Source: a virus
Length of the DNA: 64,000 nt
Reading direction: 5' to 3' (one strand)
IMG/VR virus record: IMGVR_UViG_3300006192_000008
Location: 23,456 to 87,455 of that record
Part shown: in pieces, positions 9,352 through 17,982 of the stretch
Layout: the number at the start of each line of letters is the position of its first letter
Numbering within the stretch: position 1 is the first letter of the stretch
Position numbers and translations under genes: made by a program
Notes under the pieces: generated by a model
What the model saw: the letters and a program-made list of their open reading frames with translations, nothing else
Told to the model about the DNA's origin: nothing
The model's database searches: none

Positions 9352-10231
9352 ATGCCCTCCAGTAAATCCGTCCAGTTGGTATAGACCCTGATGAGCTTAT
9401 AATATCTTGTCTGGAAGCTGAAAATCCTGTGGTACTGGGGGAAAGCACTTCTGCAACTACAGTGTAATCAGCTTTTCCTGCGTTGTAGCCAAAACAAGCT
9501 ACAACAGAAAAAACTTTAGATGGGAATGCAATAGGAAATGTGACAGGGTAGACTGCATCTGGAGATGCTGCTGCAATATACCCCCACTGCTCTATTTGTC
9601 CACCAGGGGTTTTTTGAAACCCTATATCAGTGAGGGACTGGTTACTCCCTTGGAAAGATTCTTTTAGTCTTAGTGGAGTTAAAATTGTAGTGTTACTAAG
9701 CCATCCCTGAGATTGTGCAGTAGATGCAACAGTAGTCTTGGCATCAACTTCAGTTTTAGTGTAAGTTTGAGCTTGAGAATAGACACTAAGGTTTGTACGA
9801 GCTGTTGCAGTATTTGTCAGATCAGCAAGGTTCTGAGTCTTAGCTAGGTAATTAGCATCTGATTGAACTTTAGTATAGAAATCCCCAGCATTAGCAAAAG
9901 CAATTTCCCAATGAGTTCCTACAGTTGTGGTTGGGTCCTGATTCGTGTTTACAGTAAGTGCTCGGTAAATTGTACCGTTACTACCCATCACAAGGGACTT
10001 AGCACCACCTACAGAATACTGATACTCTGTCACACTATCCCAAACGGCAATACCATGCTGATTGATATGTGCAAGAGCTGTATCTTGGCGATTATCCAGA
10101 TAGTTGAACCATTGGCGCGCTGGGATTTCTACCTGCCAACCAGTTGCATACTTAGTGTCGCCGGGGTTTAGTACGTCACCACCAGAGGCCCATGTAAGGC
10201 TCAGGTTGGTGGGTTTCAGGATTTGGGCCAT
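9341..10231 (-). CDS. tail fibre protein
   Basis: NLADL..TATARTNL repeat, GFQKTPGGQIEQWG...FPIAFP C-terminal fibre domain. Confidence 0.85.
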   Translation of the reverse strand: MAQILKPTNLSLTWASGGDVLNPGDTKYATGWQVEIPARQWFNYLDNRQDTALAHINQHGIAVWDSVTEYQYSVGGAKSLVMGSNGTIYRALTVNTNQDPTTTVGTHWEIAFANAGDFYTKVQSDANYLAKTQNLADLTNTATARTNLSVYSQAQTYTKTEVDAKTTVASTAQSQGWLSNTTILTPLRLKESFQGSNQSLTDIGFQKTPGGQIEQWGYIAAASPDAVYPVTFPIAFPSKVFSVVACFGYNAGKADYTVVAEVLSPSTTGFSASRQDIISSSGSIPTGRIYWRACGI

Positions 10232-10235
10232 GTGT

Positions 10236-10733
10236 TTATTCCTTAGAAATTAATTTGTATTCTTTTAAGCCAGAGAGGCAAAGTGTTTTTTCATCTTCAC
10301 GTCTATTGACAAGGCCGCGAAGTTTCTTGCCTTTTGCAAAAACCCAACGAGTTAGTTGCTCACAAGCTTCTACTCTCTGATCTTTATTAAGAAGTTTCAA
10401 CAGAGTGGAGGACTTAAAGTTACCAACACCCACGTTGTAAGTGAAAGATAAATAAGCAGCATGTTCTTGAGCAGATAGAGGGACTTTGATATGCTTACTC
10501 ATCTCTGTATTATGTTTAGACAGGTCTTTAGCCAATTGCTCAAGGCACTCATCTTCAGAGAACTTCTGTCCAAGTCTCAACTCAGGGCCAGTGTGTCCAT
10601 AGCAAGATGTGACAATTCCAACCGGGTCCGGGTAGGTTCCCAATACCAATCCTTCATGTTTTGCAATAAACATACCAGATGTTGCAAGTGCAGAAGACAA
10701 TCCATACACAAGAAGTTTGTTTTTAATATTCAT
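10236..10733 (-). CDS. SAR endolysin (GH24 lysozyme)
   Basis: E-8aa-D-5aa-T triad (HEGLVLGTYPDPVGIVT), FTYNVG, GLVNRR; weakly hydrophobic Gly/Ala/Ser N-terminal SAR segment. Confidence 0.9.
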   Translation of the reverse strand: MNIKNKLLVYGLSSALATSGMFIAKHEGLVLGTYPDPVGIVTSCYGHTGPELRLGQKFSEDECLEQLAKDLSKHNTEMSKHIKVPLSAQEHAAYLSFTYNVGVGNFKSSTLLKLLNKDQRVEACEQLTRWVFAKGKKLRGLVNRREDEKTLCLSGLKEYKLISKE

Positions 10734-10745
10734 TGTACACTCACA

Positions 10746-11537
10746 CTAGAATAACGATGCAAATTGCCCACCACCTGCTTGAGAGAAGTCAGAGTCACCA
10801 TAACCAAGTCCATAACCCAAACCCCAACCGAAGGTTCCTGTAAACTCACCAAAACCTAAAGCTCCAGTTGCACCTTGAAAGCCAAAGTAGTTGCCAGCAA
10901 GGAACCAGCCAAAGTTAATTCTTACACCAACTGTTTTAGGAATAAGGCGGGAAGGATAGCCTTGACTTGTGGAAACATAATTCAATAATACTTGTTCAAA
11001 AGTAGAAAGCTCTCTACCAAATAGAACAGTGTACGCAGCATTACCTTCAGAGATAATTGCTGTAGCCTCTGTTCCAAACAAGAAGTTAACAAAAGCAAGA
11101 AACTCTTCTGGTGTAGATGCTGTACGGTTCTTTAGAATTTTAGCTTTGATGAATAGGCGATATGTTTCATCGTCAAGAAGTACGTTACCACCAAGAGGTG
11201 TACCAAAGTCATAGAACCTAGAACCAATAACGGGTTGACCAAAGTCACCAAAAGTATCTGCTTTGAGGGCACCTTGAAAGCCAAAGAAGTTGAATAGATC
11301 AGCAGAGATAAGTTCTCTGGGCTGACCTACAATCTCACCAATGATATCTAGTGTAGCTCCAGTGGCCTCATCAATACTTCTTTTCTGGATGAGGTCTTTG
11401 AATACTTGCTGGATACTTTCTTGTTGGTCAATTAGGAGTTGAAGATATTTGTCAAATACTTCCTTTCCTTTGAATTGTTCAGTAACACGTTCTCTGGCTT
11501 CTTCTAAATATGGATGTGTATCAAAAGGTACGAGCAT
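10746..11537 (-). CDS. baseplate wedge protein (DUF2612-like)
   Basis: A.GATLDIIGEIVGQPR, FFGF, YRLFIKAKI motifs; follows baseplate J. Confidence 0.8.
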   Translation of the reverse strand: MLVPFDTHPYLEEARERVTEQFKGKEVFDKYLQLLIDQQESIQQVFKDLIQKRSIDEATGATLDIIGEIVGQPRELISADLFNFFGFQGALKADTFGDFGQPVIGSRFYDFGTPLGGNVLLDDETYRLFIKAKILKNRTASTPEEFLAFVNFLFGTEATAIISEGNAAYTVLFGRELSTFEQVLLNYVSTSQGYPSRLIPKTVGVRINFGWFLAGNYFGFQGATGALGFGEFTGTFGWGLGYGLGYGDSDFSQAGGGQFASLF

Positions 11538-11547
11538 AAGTACCTCC

Positions 11548-13011
11548 TTAAGATACTACAATATTTATGTTGATTGATTCGAATGAACTGATGTCTGCAA
11601 AGTCAATTACAATATTGGCAGTGCCTACAGGACTAGGAGTTGTACCAATAAACAAGCTATCGATCTGATGCCCCGGCACTGTGTTGATTGGGGTGAACAT
11701 GCGGCTGTAAATTACATCCTTACCAACACCAAAGTTCTGAGAAGCGTAAGTCTGAATAGCAGCCCTAATCTGATCAGCACCATCACTAGGAAACTGAATA
11801 GGTGCTTCAGGGTTAAGACTAAGTGTCATGCTGATATAGACGACAACAGGAGTAGGTCTTTCAAATCCAATGTTATGGAGAAACCCTTGAGTGTCTGTAA
11901 TAGGAATAATCGTATTACCTTGACTCTTAATGCCCATCGGCTTGTTCTGCCAGATAGTCTCGGCAATGATCTGACTAGACCCACCAAGGACAACAGGGAA
12001 AAAACTATGAGGAAGAACACCATTAGAGTCTGTAATATCAGTATCGTTCTCATAGATAGCTAGCTCCTCTACACCATCTACGTTGAGTAGGGCAGAATAT
12101 AGGCTATCAAGAATGTTAGAGCTGCGTTCTAGCTTAGTGTTACGAAATCGTAAGCGAAGCTCTTCGTCAGTTTCTACAAGCCTACCCGGAGAAGCATCTA
12201 AAGGATTTGTTACACTATCCCAACCAAGAACAGGAGTTACAATCTCATTGATGGTGTTAGCATCCTGATTGATTTCACCGACTTCTACAGCAACCAATTG
12301 ACCAATCTTCTTAACTTTTGTAATTGCAAGATTGGAGCTAGTAGAGAATGTGCTTGCTTGAAACACATCAACCATATCCACTATAAGAGTGTTACCCACC
12401 AAGGAGGCTGAAAGAAGGGGATGAGATGAATCAATAATAGCTTTGATGCCAGTGACAATCTCGTTAGCTGTAGCAGCTCCAGAGGACGTGTAGCTGATCG
12501 TATTACTACCAGTGATACCTGCGGTATAGGTGAGTGTGTAAAGCGTTGTGTTGGCCACTACAGAGACTGTCAGAGTGATACCAGCAGACTGTGATGGGGA
12601 AAGAGCTACGCTACCACTAACAGAGAATTCATTGTTATCAGCAGAACGTACTACACTTCCACCAGCAATCAGTGTACCATTATCACCAGCAAACAAAGCT
12701 GTAGCTGTACTAGCAGAGGCTGGGAAGCGAGCAATACCACCATATTGAACAAGGTTGTCTAGAGAGATACCTGTAGCCGAGTTTGGATCAAAAGCACTCC
12801 AGCATTGCTGAGCAACTTCCCATAGGTCTGCGTCACCGGGAGCATCTAGAGCAATCAAACGTCCAAGTGCTGTGCTTGTGCTAGTGTCTACGATTTCACC
12901 TGCCGGTAAAAGATCAGCAAAAAGTTGTTCAGCTTTTATCTTCTGCTCATCTAATATATTTTGCAACCTTTTTAAAACAAATCCGCTGTCAGTTATTCCA
13001 AAATTTGCCAT
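11548..13011 (-). CDS. baseplate J-like wedge protein
   Basis: ATGISLD, ETDEELRLR, ENDT...PHS motifs. Confidence 0.88.
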   Translation of the reverse strand: MANFGITDSGFVLKRLQNILDEQKIKAEQLFADLLPAGEIVDTSTSTALGRLIALDAPGDADLWEVAQQCWSAFDPNSATGISLDNLVQYGGIARFPASASTATALFAGDNGTLIAGGSVVRSADNNEFSVSGSVALSPSQSAGITLTVSVVANTTLYTLTYTAGITGSNTISYTSSGAATANEIVTGIKAIIDSSHPLLSASLVGNTLIVDMVDVFQASTFSTSSNLAITKVKKIGQLVAVEVGEINQDANTINEIVTPVLGWDSVTNPLDASPGRLVETDEELRLRFRNTKLERSSNILDSLYSALLNVDGVEELAIYENDTDITDSNGVLPHSFFPVVLGGSSQIIAETIWQNKPMGIKSQGNTIIPITDTQGFLHNIGFERPTPVVVYISMTLSLNPEAPIQFPSDGADQIRAAIQTYASQNFGVGKDVIYSRMFTPINTVPGHQIDSLFIGTTPSPVGTANIVIDFADISSFESININIVVS

Positions 13012-13940
13012 TTCAATTTCCTATATTGACTGTTTTGAATATCCAACAACTCTCCCAGTTGGCAGATTCCTACAGTCTCAGTGAATCCGCTGGGAAGTTC
13101 ATGTTTTTGAAAGTAGGGTTGGAATGTATCCTTGAGAACTTTCTCATGTTGACTTGCATCCAACCCATTCGTGTAATTCCACACAAAAGATAAGTCAAAA
13201 GACACACCTAAAAATTTACAAAGTTTGTTGTGCTGTTGGAGTCGTCTTTTTAGATCACAAGTTATTCCATATTTGTACCCCATAAGGATTCCATCTTCTG
13301 ATACCACCTTAAGAACATACAGGCTTGCAGGTTTGTTCTTTTGAAAACCATACTTCGCGCAGGCTGGACAGCCCCTTCCCGCTGACAGTGAAGCGTAGGA
13401 CGTTACCCAGTCATTCTGACAAATGTTACAAATAAGGGAGACTTTAAGTTTACTTGTGCTTCCAGTTGGTTTATAATCAAACCCCTTGAGACTAAAATTA
13501 GCTGCATTTGTAAACTCTGCTATTCTTTGATAGATAATTTCTTCAGGAAGTTTTTCAGACTTATTGCAAACACCGCAACTGGCACCCTTAAGGGCAATTG
13601 AATTATAGCTGGCATCCCAGACTTTCCCGCAAGAAAGACACTCAACACGCAGTGGAGACTTTGAACCACTAATAGAATCTTGTAGAAGCTTTATCGGTTT
13701 ATTTTTGATAACATCCAAAACTCTGTTGAACATTTTCTCTGGAGAGTTGTACGCCTTTCCGCTACACAGGCAAGGTTTTCTTCCAGAAAGTATACTAGAT
13801 GCGGCAACAGAATTTACATCTCCACACACTACACAGCGGAGTGTAAAATGACTCCTTTGATTATCACCGTACTCAATAATTTCATAGTTCTCCCCATTCT
13901 GTGAGTATTTACTATCTTTATAGTATTCAGACAGAAGCAT
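12993..13940 (-). CDS. putative free-standing homing endonuclease (zinc-ribbon repeats + C-terminal GIY-YIG-like domain)
   Basis: Repeated CxxC units, GRGCPACAKYGF, LYVL...YKYGIT...RRLQQH; inserted between baseplate genes. Confidence 0.7.
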   Translation of the reverse strand: MLLSEYYKDSKYSQNGENYEIIEYGDNQRSHFTLRCVVCGDVNSVAASSILSGRKPCLCSGKAYNSPEKMFNRVLDVIKNKPIKLLQDSISGSKSPLRVECLSCGKVWDASYNSIALKGASCGVCNKSEKLPEEIIYQRIAEFTNAANFSLKGFDYKPTGSTSKLKVSLICNICQNDWVTSYASLSAGRGCPACAKYGFQKNKPASLYVLKVVSEDGILMGYKYGITCDLKRRLQQHNKLCKFLGVSFDLSFVWNYTNGLDASQHEKVLKDTFQPYFQKHELPSGFTETVGICQLGELLDIQNSQYRKLKWQILE

Positions 13941-13949
13941 AGCTCCTCC

Positions 13950-14336
13950 TTAACTTGTTGGGGTAACTGTGATTAACCCAGACTCTTCCCCAGTAGTCAC
14001 TTTCACACGGAAGGTCATAGAATATTGTCTGTTTACAAAAGTAGATTCAAAGAATGTCAGTTCTTTTACACCGTTCTCTGCTAAGATTGCTTTCTGAAAG
14101 ATAAGATCAACAGCAGATTTACTTGTCTTGTGTCCGAGGATGGATTGGAAGTACGGGATGCCGTATTCCGTGTCTAAGAACCATTCGGTCTTCCATGTAC
14201 GAAGAAGTACAAGAAGTCTTTGACCAACTACATCAACCCGAGATTGGGTAGTTTCTTCTTTTCTTAGTGGGCCATTACGCCATACAATATCCCCATAAGA
14301 TGGAGAGACAGGCTCTTTGTCGATTAACAGGTCCAA
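13950..14336 (-). CDS. baseplate wedge/sheath initiator (gp25/W-like)
   Basis: QRL..L.TW..EWFLD..YGIPYF..ILG motif. Confidence 0.8.
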   Translation of the reverse strand: MDLLIDKEPVSPSYGDIVWRNGPLRKEETTQSRVDVVGQRLLVLLRTWKTEWFLDTEYGIPYFQSILGHKTSKSAVDLIFQKAILAENGVKELTFFESTFVNRQYSMTFRVKVTTGEESGLITVTPTS

Positions 14337-14345
14337 TTAACTCTC

Positions 14346-15131
14346 CTAGGATGTTGGTCCACCAGTGAGACTTGGGCCAGTCTGCACACCAGTGTGTTTG
14401 TGTGTATCAAATACAATACTATTGAATGTGGCAGTGCCAACCAACGTATAGTTACCAGTGTGGTTGATATTACCGATCCAACTTGTTTCACCAATTGCAA
14501 AGGTAGCAGTTCCTGCTGTAACATCTAAGTTGGTGCAATCGAGTGTAATGTCAGCTTGAGCTGTAACAGTTGCGTTGTTGCAATTAACCTCTACGTTCTG
14601 GTTTGTATTGATTACAATATCACCAGAGGCTTTAAGTCTTACTTCGCACTCTTGACCTGTTCCAATATTATTTACCAGAACAGTATCTTCTGTGGAATGA
14701 TTCCATGTACGCTTAGATGGGTTGTTTACGTTTACACCCGGAGGTTGAATACCGGGGATGAATATAGCATCGCCCTTGTCAAACTTAGCAAAGTTCAAAG
14801 GTGTGGTTGGCCTGCCTGAACCATTCTTCCATGCGTCTAAGTTACGCATGGAAAATACAGCAATACCAGTTGTCCCTACTTTAATAGGGAACGTAACACC
14901 TGCTGTAGATGATACAGGAAAGGATACTGGGACACCAAGGATCACCGGTCTTTCCTTAGTTGTACCGTCCTTAAAACGCTGATTGACTGTTGGTTGTATG
15001 TCAACCATAGCTCCGTTTAAAGAGTCTCTTACAGCCACTACAATACAAGGAATTGCTGTATTCACGTTACTCATTTGATTCTGGAAAGCAGCAACTAATA
15101 CTTCTTGTAACGAGCCTTCACAATCACTCAT
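14346..15131 (-). CDS. baseplate central spike (Gp138-like)
   Basis: NTAIPCIVV..VDIQP OB-fold, beta-helix, terminal HKH iron motif (THKHTGV); start refined to ATG overlapping upstream TGA. Confidence 0.85.
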   Translation of the reverse strand: MSDCEGSLQEVLVAAFQNQMSNVNTAIPCIVVAVRDSLNGAMVDIQPTVNQRFKDGTTKERPVILGVPVSFPVSSTAGVTFPIKVGTTGIAVFSMRNLDAWKNGSGRPTTPLNFAKFDKGDAIFIPGIQPPGVNVNNPSKRTWNHSTEDTVLVNNIGTGQECEVRLKASGDIVINTNQNVEVNCNNATVTAQADITLDCTNLDVTAGTATFAIGETSWIGNINHTGNYTLVGTATFNSIVFDTHKHTGVQTGPSLTGGPTS

Positions 15132-15880
15132 CAGTCTGTAATCTCCACACAATACTCCATAAGAGCTTTATAGGCTAAAGGAGAAATAGAATCTTTCCAA
15201 TCAAGAGCTTTACGTTTTATTACAGACTCTTTAAAACACTTGTAAGCATGAAATGCCTCATTCTCCGTGGTAAACTTTCCAAGAATAACTTGTACACTCT
15301 CATGGTCACGGCAACGGGCCTTAAAACCACCCGACGAGCACTTAAAAACTCCAATAGGAAGCAGTGATCGGTGGGTATTATTTGTTTTCAAAGCCCCATT
15401 TATATCTCTTGGTAAATAAACACAAGTGGATGGGGAATAGAGTCTATTTCCCTTTACCAATAAATCTTTATCAAGCTCCCACCCATCTAATCGGTAAGCA
15501 TCCTCTATGTAGAATTTTGCGTAAGATTGAAAGTTATGCCAATCATTACTGACAGTGCAGTCTTTATATGTTACTTTAAGTTTGTGAAGCCTTTCATCAT
15601 AGCAACGCTTGAACATGCTATGCCATGACTCCAAAGCTTTAGCGACAAGTTCCTTTGGCTTGTCTTTTGTAAAAGAGCCGTCGCCATAGAAGCCTACCCC
15701 ATATATAATTCTAGCCATGCAATCTTTTACATCACCCTTACGTACTTGATTTTTGTCGTAAGTGCATGTATATCCGGTATCTACAAATTTTATCGTTATT
15801 TTGCCCGGCGTTCTTGCAATAACCTCAAATCTGCCATAGTTTTTACTTTCCCTCAAATCTCCAATCTTTATAACACTCAT
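15131..15880 (-). CDS. putative free-standing HNH-type homing endonuclease
   Basis: W..MF.RCY...Y.DC.V..DWHNFQ..LDKDLL.KGN..YSP.TC motif, C-terminal AP2-like domain. Confidence 0.75.
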   Translation of the reverse strand: MSVIKIGDLRESKNYGRFEVIARTPGKITIKFVDTGYTCTYDKNQVRKGDVKDCMARIIYGVGFYGDGSFTKDKPKELVAKALESWHSMFKRCYDERLHKLKVTYKDCTVSNDWHNFQSYAKFYIEDAYRLDGWELDKDLLVKGNRLYSPSTCVYLPRDINGALKTNNTHRSLLPIGVFKCSSGGFKARCRDHESVQVILGKFTTENEAFHAYKCFKESVIKRKALDWKDSISPLAYKALMEYCVEITD

Positions 15881-15938
15881 CCTTTGAACTCCTGATAATT
15901 AAATGAAGCAACCATTCTACACTAGATTTTAATTGAAA

Positions 15939-16826
15939 TCAAGAGTTACTGATGACTTTTTCTATGGCACTGCACCTAAATTCTGACCACCAAGCTGTGC
16001 CTCTCCAGTCCCCTGAGTGGCGGATATCAGTAACTTTATACCATCCCGTAATCAGAGTGTCTTCAAGTCGGATAATATCACCGGGAACAATATCTGGATT
16101 CAACAAAGTCTTGAATTGTACAGATTGAATCTTAGCTTTATCTTTCTTACTTCTACGAATATCACCAGAGGCTCTATAAGCATTCTCAATCAAGCCTGTG
16201 TACTTACTAATCACATAAGCATCTTCAAACTTCTCTGAGTTACCACGATCATTGTCATGGACATAGAGAACATCATCATCAATCTGCCAATCTAGGTTGT
16301 ACTTCTCAGACAACTCATTGAGCATGTCTTTTGGTGTCCCTTGTAATGGATAGCCATAGATGATTGGGTTGTTCAGGTTAGTACCGTTGAAGACGCTTCT
16401 GGAGACTCCGGGGAGTGCCTTACGAATGTCTTCAGCAACATCCTTAACTGTCCTACCCGGAGCAACCAAACTACTCAGGGCTTGATGATTTAGCTCTGTA
16501 TAGGCACCACCCATGAGAATCTGTGTGATACGATCTGTACCACTCTTACGTGTGGTGACATTAGTAACTTGCCCAGCAAACAGACGCTTAATACCAATGT
16601 CACGATAACCAGCACTAAATACTGCTGCTGGATAATCTACGTCCAAGAGCTTGAGGTTGTCATTGCTAAGATTATAGATTTCAATGGAAGCAGAATTAGT
16701 CTTATCTTTGTTACTGCTAGACTTACTAATATCAAACGTAACTTGAAGATCATTAATCTGAAGCCCTTCACCAGAGACTGCATTACCAACGATCAGTTCA
16801 TACGCTCTGTTGATTTGTGGCTGCAT
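15939..16826 (-). CDS. baseplate hub protein
   Basis: N.A.IEIYNLS, AGY, LLNP.I.PGD motifs; position before spike. Confidence 0.8.
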   Translation of the reverse strand: MQPQINRAYELIVGNAVSGEGLQINDLQVTFDISKSSSNKDKTNSASIEIYNLSNDNLKLLDVDYPAAVFSAGYRDIGIKRLFAGQVTNVTTRKSGTDRITQILMGGAYTELNHQALSSLVAPGRTVKDVAEDIRKALPGVSRSVFNGTNLNNPIIYGYPLQGTPKDMLNELSEKYNLDWQIDDDVLYVHDNDRGNSEKFEDAYVISKYTGLIENAYRASGDIRRSKKDKAKIQSVQFKTLLNPDIVPGDIIRLEDTLITGWYKVTDIRHSGDWRGTAWWSEFRCSAIEKVISNS

Positions 16827-17162
16827 TTAATCCTCGCTTTGGAACGTATACACCAACGAATAATATTGTTTAAGTTTATCTGGAAACTCTTTATATGGTT
16901 CAGACTCAAGAGTTCCTTTCTGGATCAACAAGAAGAATCCTGTAAGGTTTGGTAGGGCATAATCAAACATGATTGGATAGCCGGGAACCAAAGCAGCACT
17001 CAAGACAATAGGGTTTCTATCAGCATCATAAAGAGACATGAAATATAACTGAGAACGTTCGTTATAGATCATCTCAATAATGTAAGAGTTACCTTCCAGA
17101 GATACAGAGTATTCATAGATAGGGGAATCGTCTAACAGGAGGTCTACATAAAGGTCAGCCAT
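16827..17162 (-). CDS. virion/baseplate structural protein
   Basis: YNER...MSLYD motif, synteny. Confidence 0.7.
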   Translation of the reverse strand: MADLYVDLLLDDSPIYEYSVSLEGNSYIIEMIYNERSQLYFMSLYDADRNPIVLSAALVPGYPIMFDYALPNLTGFFLLIQKGTLESEPYKEFPDKLKQYYSLVYTFQSED

Positions 17163-17174
17163 AAATCTCTCCTA

Positions 17175-17981
17175 TTAGATTGGGAATATCCCAGTTGTGT
17201 TTTCTTTAGAGGCTTTTACAGAAGCAGATGAGTTGGTGTCTTTCTGTGTACTGTCGCATTTACCAAGAGATTTTTTATCTGTAGCCTTTTTTCTTAGTGC
17301 AGCTTGAACTACATCAGGCGGTATCCGCACTTTCTTCAAGTTCGCAAAACGTACACGCTCATAGGTAATATCTGCGTACAACGCAAAGCCAGTTTCGGTG
17401 TCCTCTCTAAAATTGATAGAAGTGATGACCAAGAAGGTAGTATCATCTGCCGGAAGTTTGCGAACCAGAGTAAGAAACCCATCTGTCTCATACAAAACTA
17501 CTGGGCGAATGAGTGTTTCAAATTGACCAGTTATTTGGTTGAAGCCCTCTCCCGACTGGAGGTTGACAAGAATATCTTGAATCTCTTCTGTAGTGTCTCC
17601 CCTAACATCGTCCATCACTACCTGTGGTAGAGTGTCGGGGAGGAACTGCCCAATGACGTTAGGGACAAACTTCATCAGCAAACTTTGGTCGTCTGAACTG
17701 ACTAGAACTTCAGTGGGGGCTGGCCTTGCATTGTAGGGAACGTCACCATTCTCATTCTGCAAGGCAATTGTGGAAATTGACAAATCAGTTCCACTAATTA
17801 CAGCACTCATTGTAAAGACTGGATTGTTGTTGATGTAGTGATCTGTTACGTTGCCGCCAGCATCAACAGGGTGACGTGTAGTCTGCCCTGTAAACGAGCG
17901 ATTCCAGTTGGTTACTGCATCAAAGTAGAGGAAGCCTCCGGCTTGAATAGAGTCAGCTTCCCAGCCTAGTGCGAATGACAT
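17175..17981 (-). CDS. tail tube initiator / Dit-like baseplate protein
   Basis: FDAV...T.HPVD.G.NVTDH motif after tape measure. Confidence 0.75.
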   Translation of the reverse strand: MSFALGWEADSIQAGGFLYFDAVTNWNRSFTGQTTRHPVDAGGNVTDHYINNNPVFTMSAVISGTDLSISTIALQNENGDVPYNARPAPTEVLVSSDDQSLLMKFVPNVIGQFLPDTLPQVVMDDVRGDTTEEIQDILVNLQSGEGFNQITGQFETLIRPVVLYETDGFLTLVRKLPADDTTFLVITSINFREDTETGFALYADITYERVRFANLKKVRIPPDVVQAALRKKATDKKSLGKCDSTQKDTNSSASVKASKENTTGIFPI

Positions 17982-17982
17982 A

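Noticed and set aside
7025-10231. Diversity-generating retroelement or invertible fibre cassette
   Set aside because: No reverse transcriptase, invertase or duplicated template/variable repeat seen in the window
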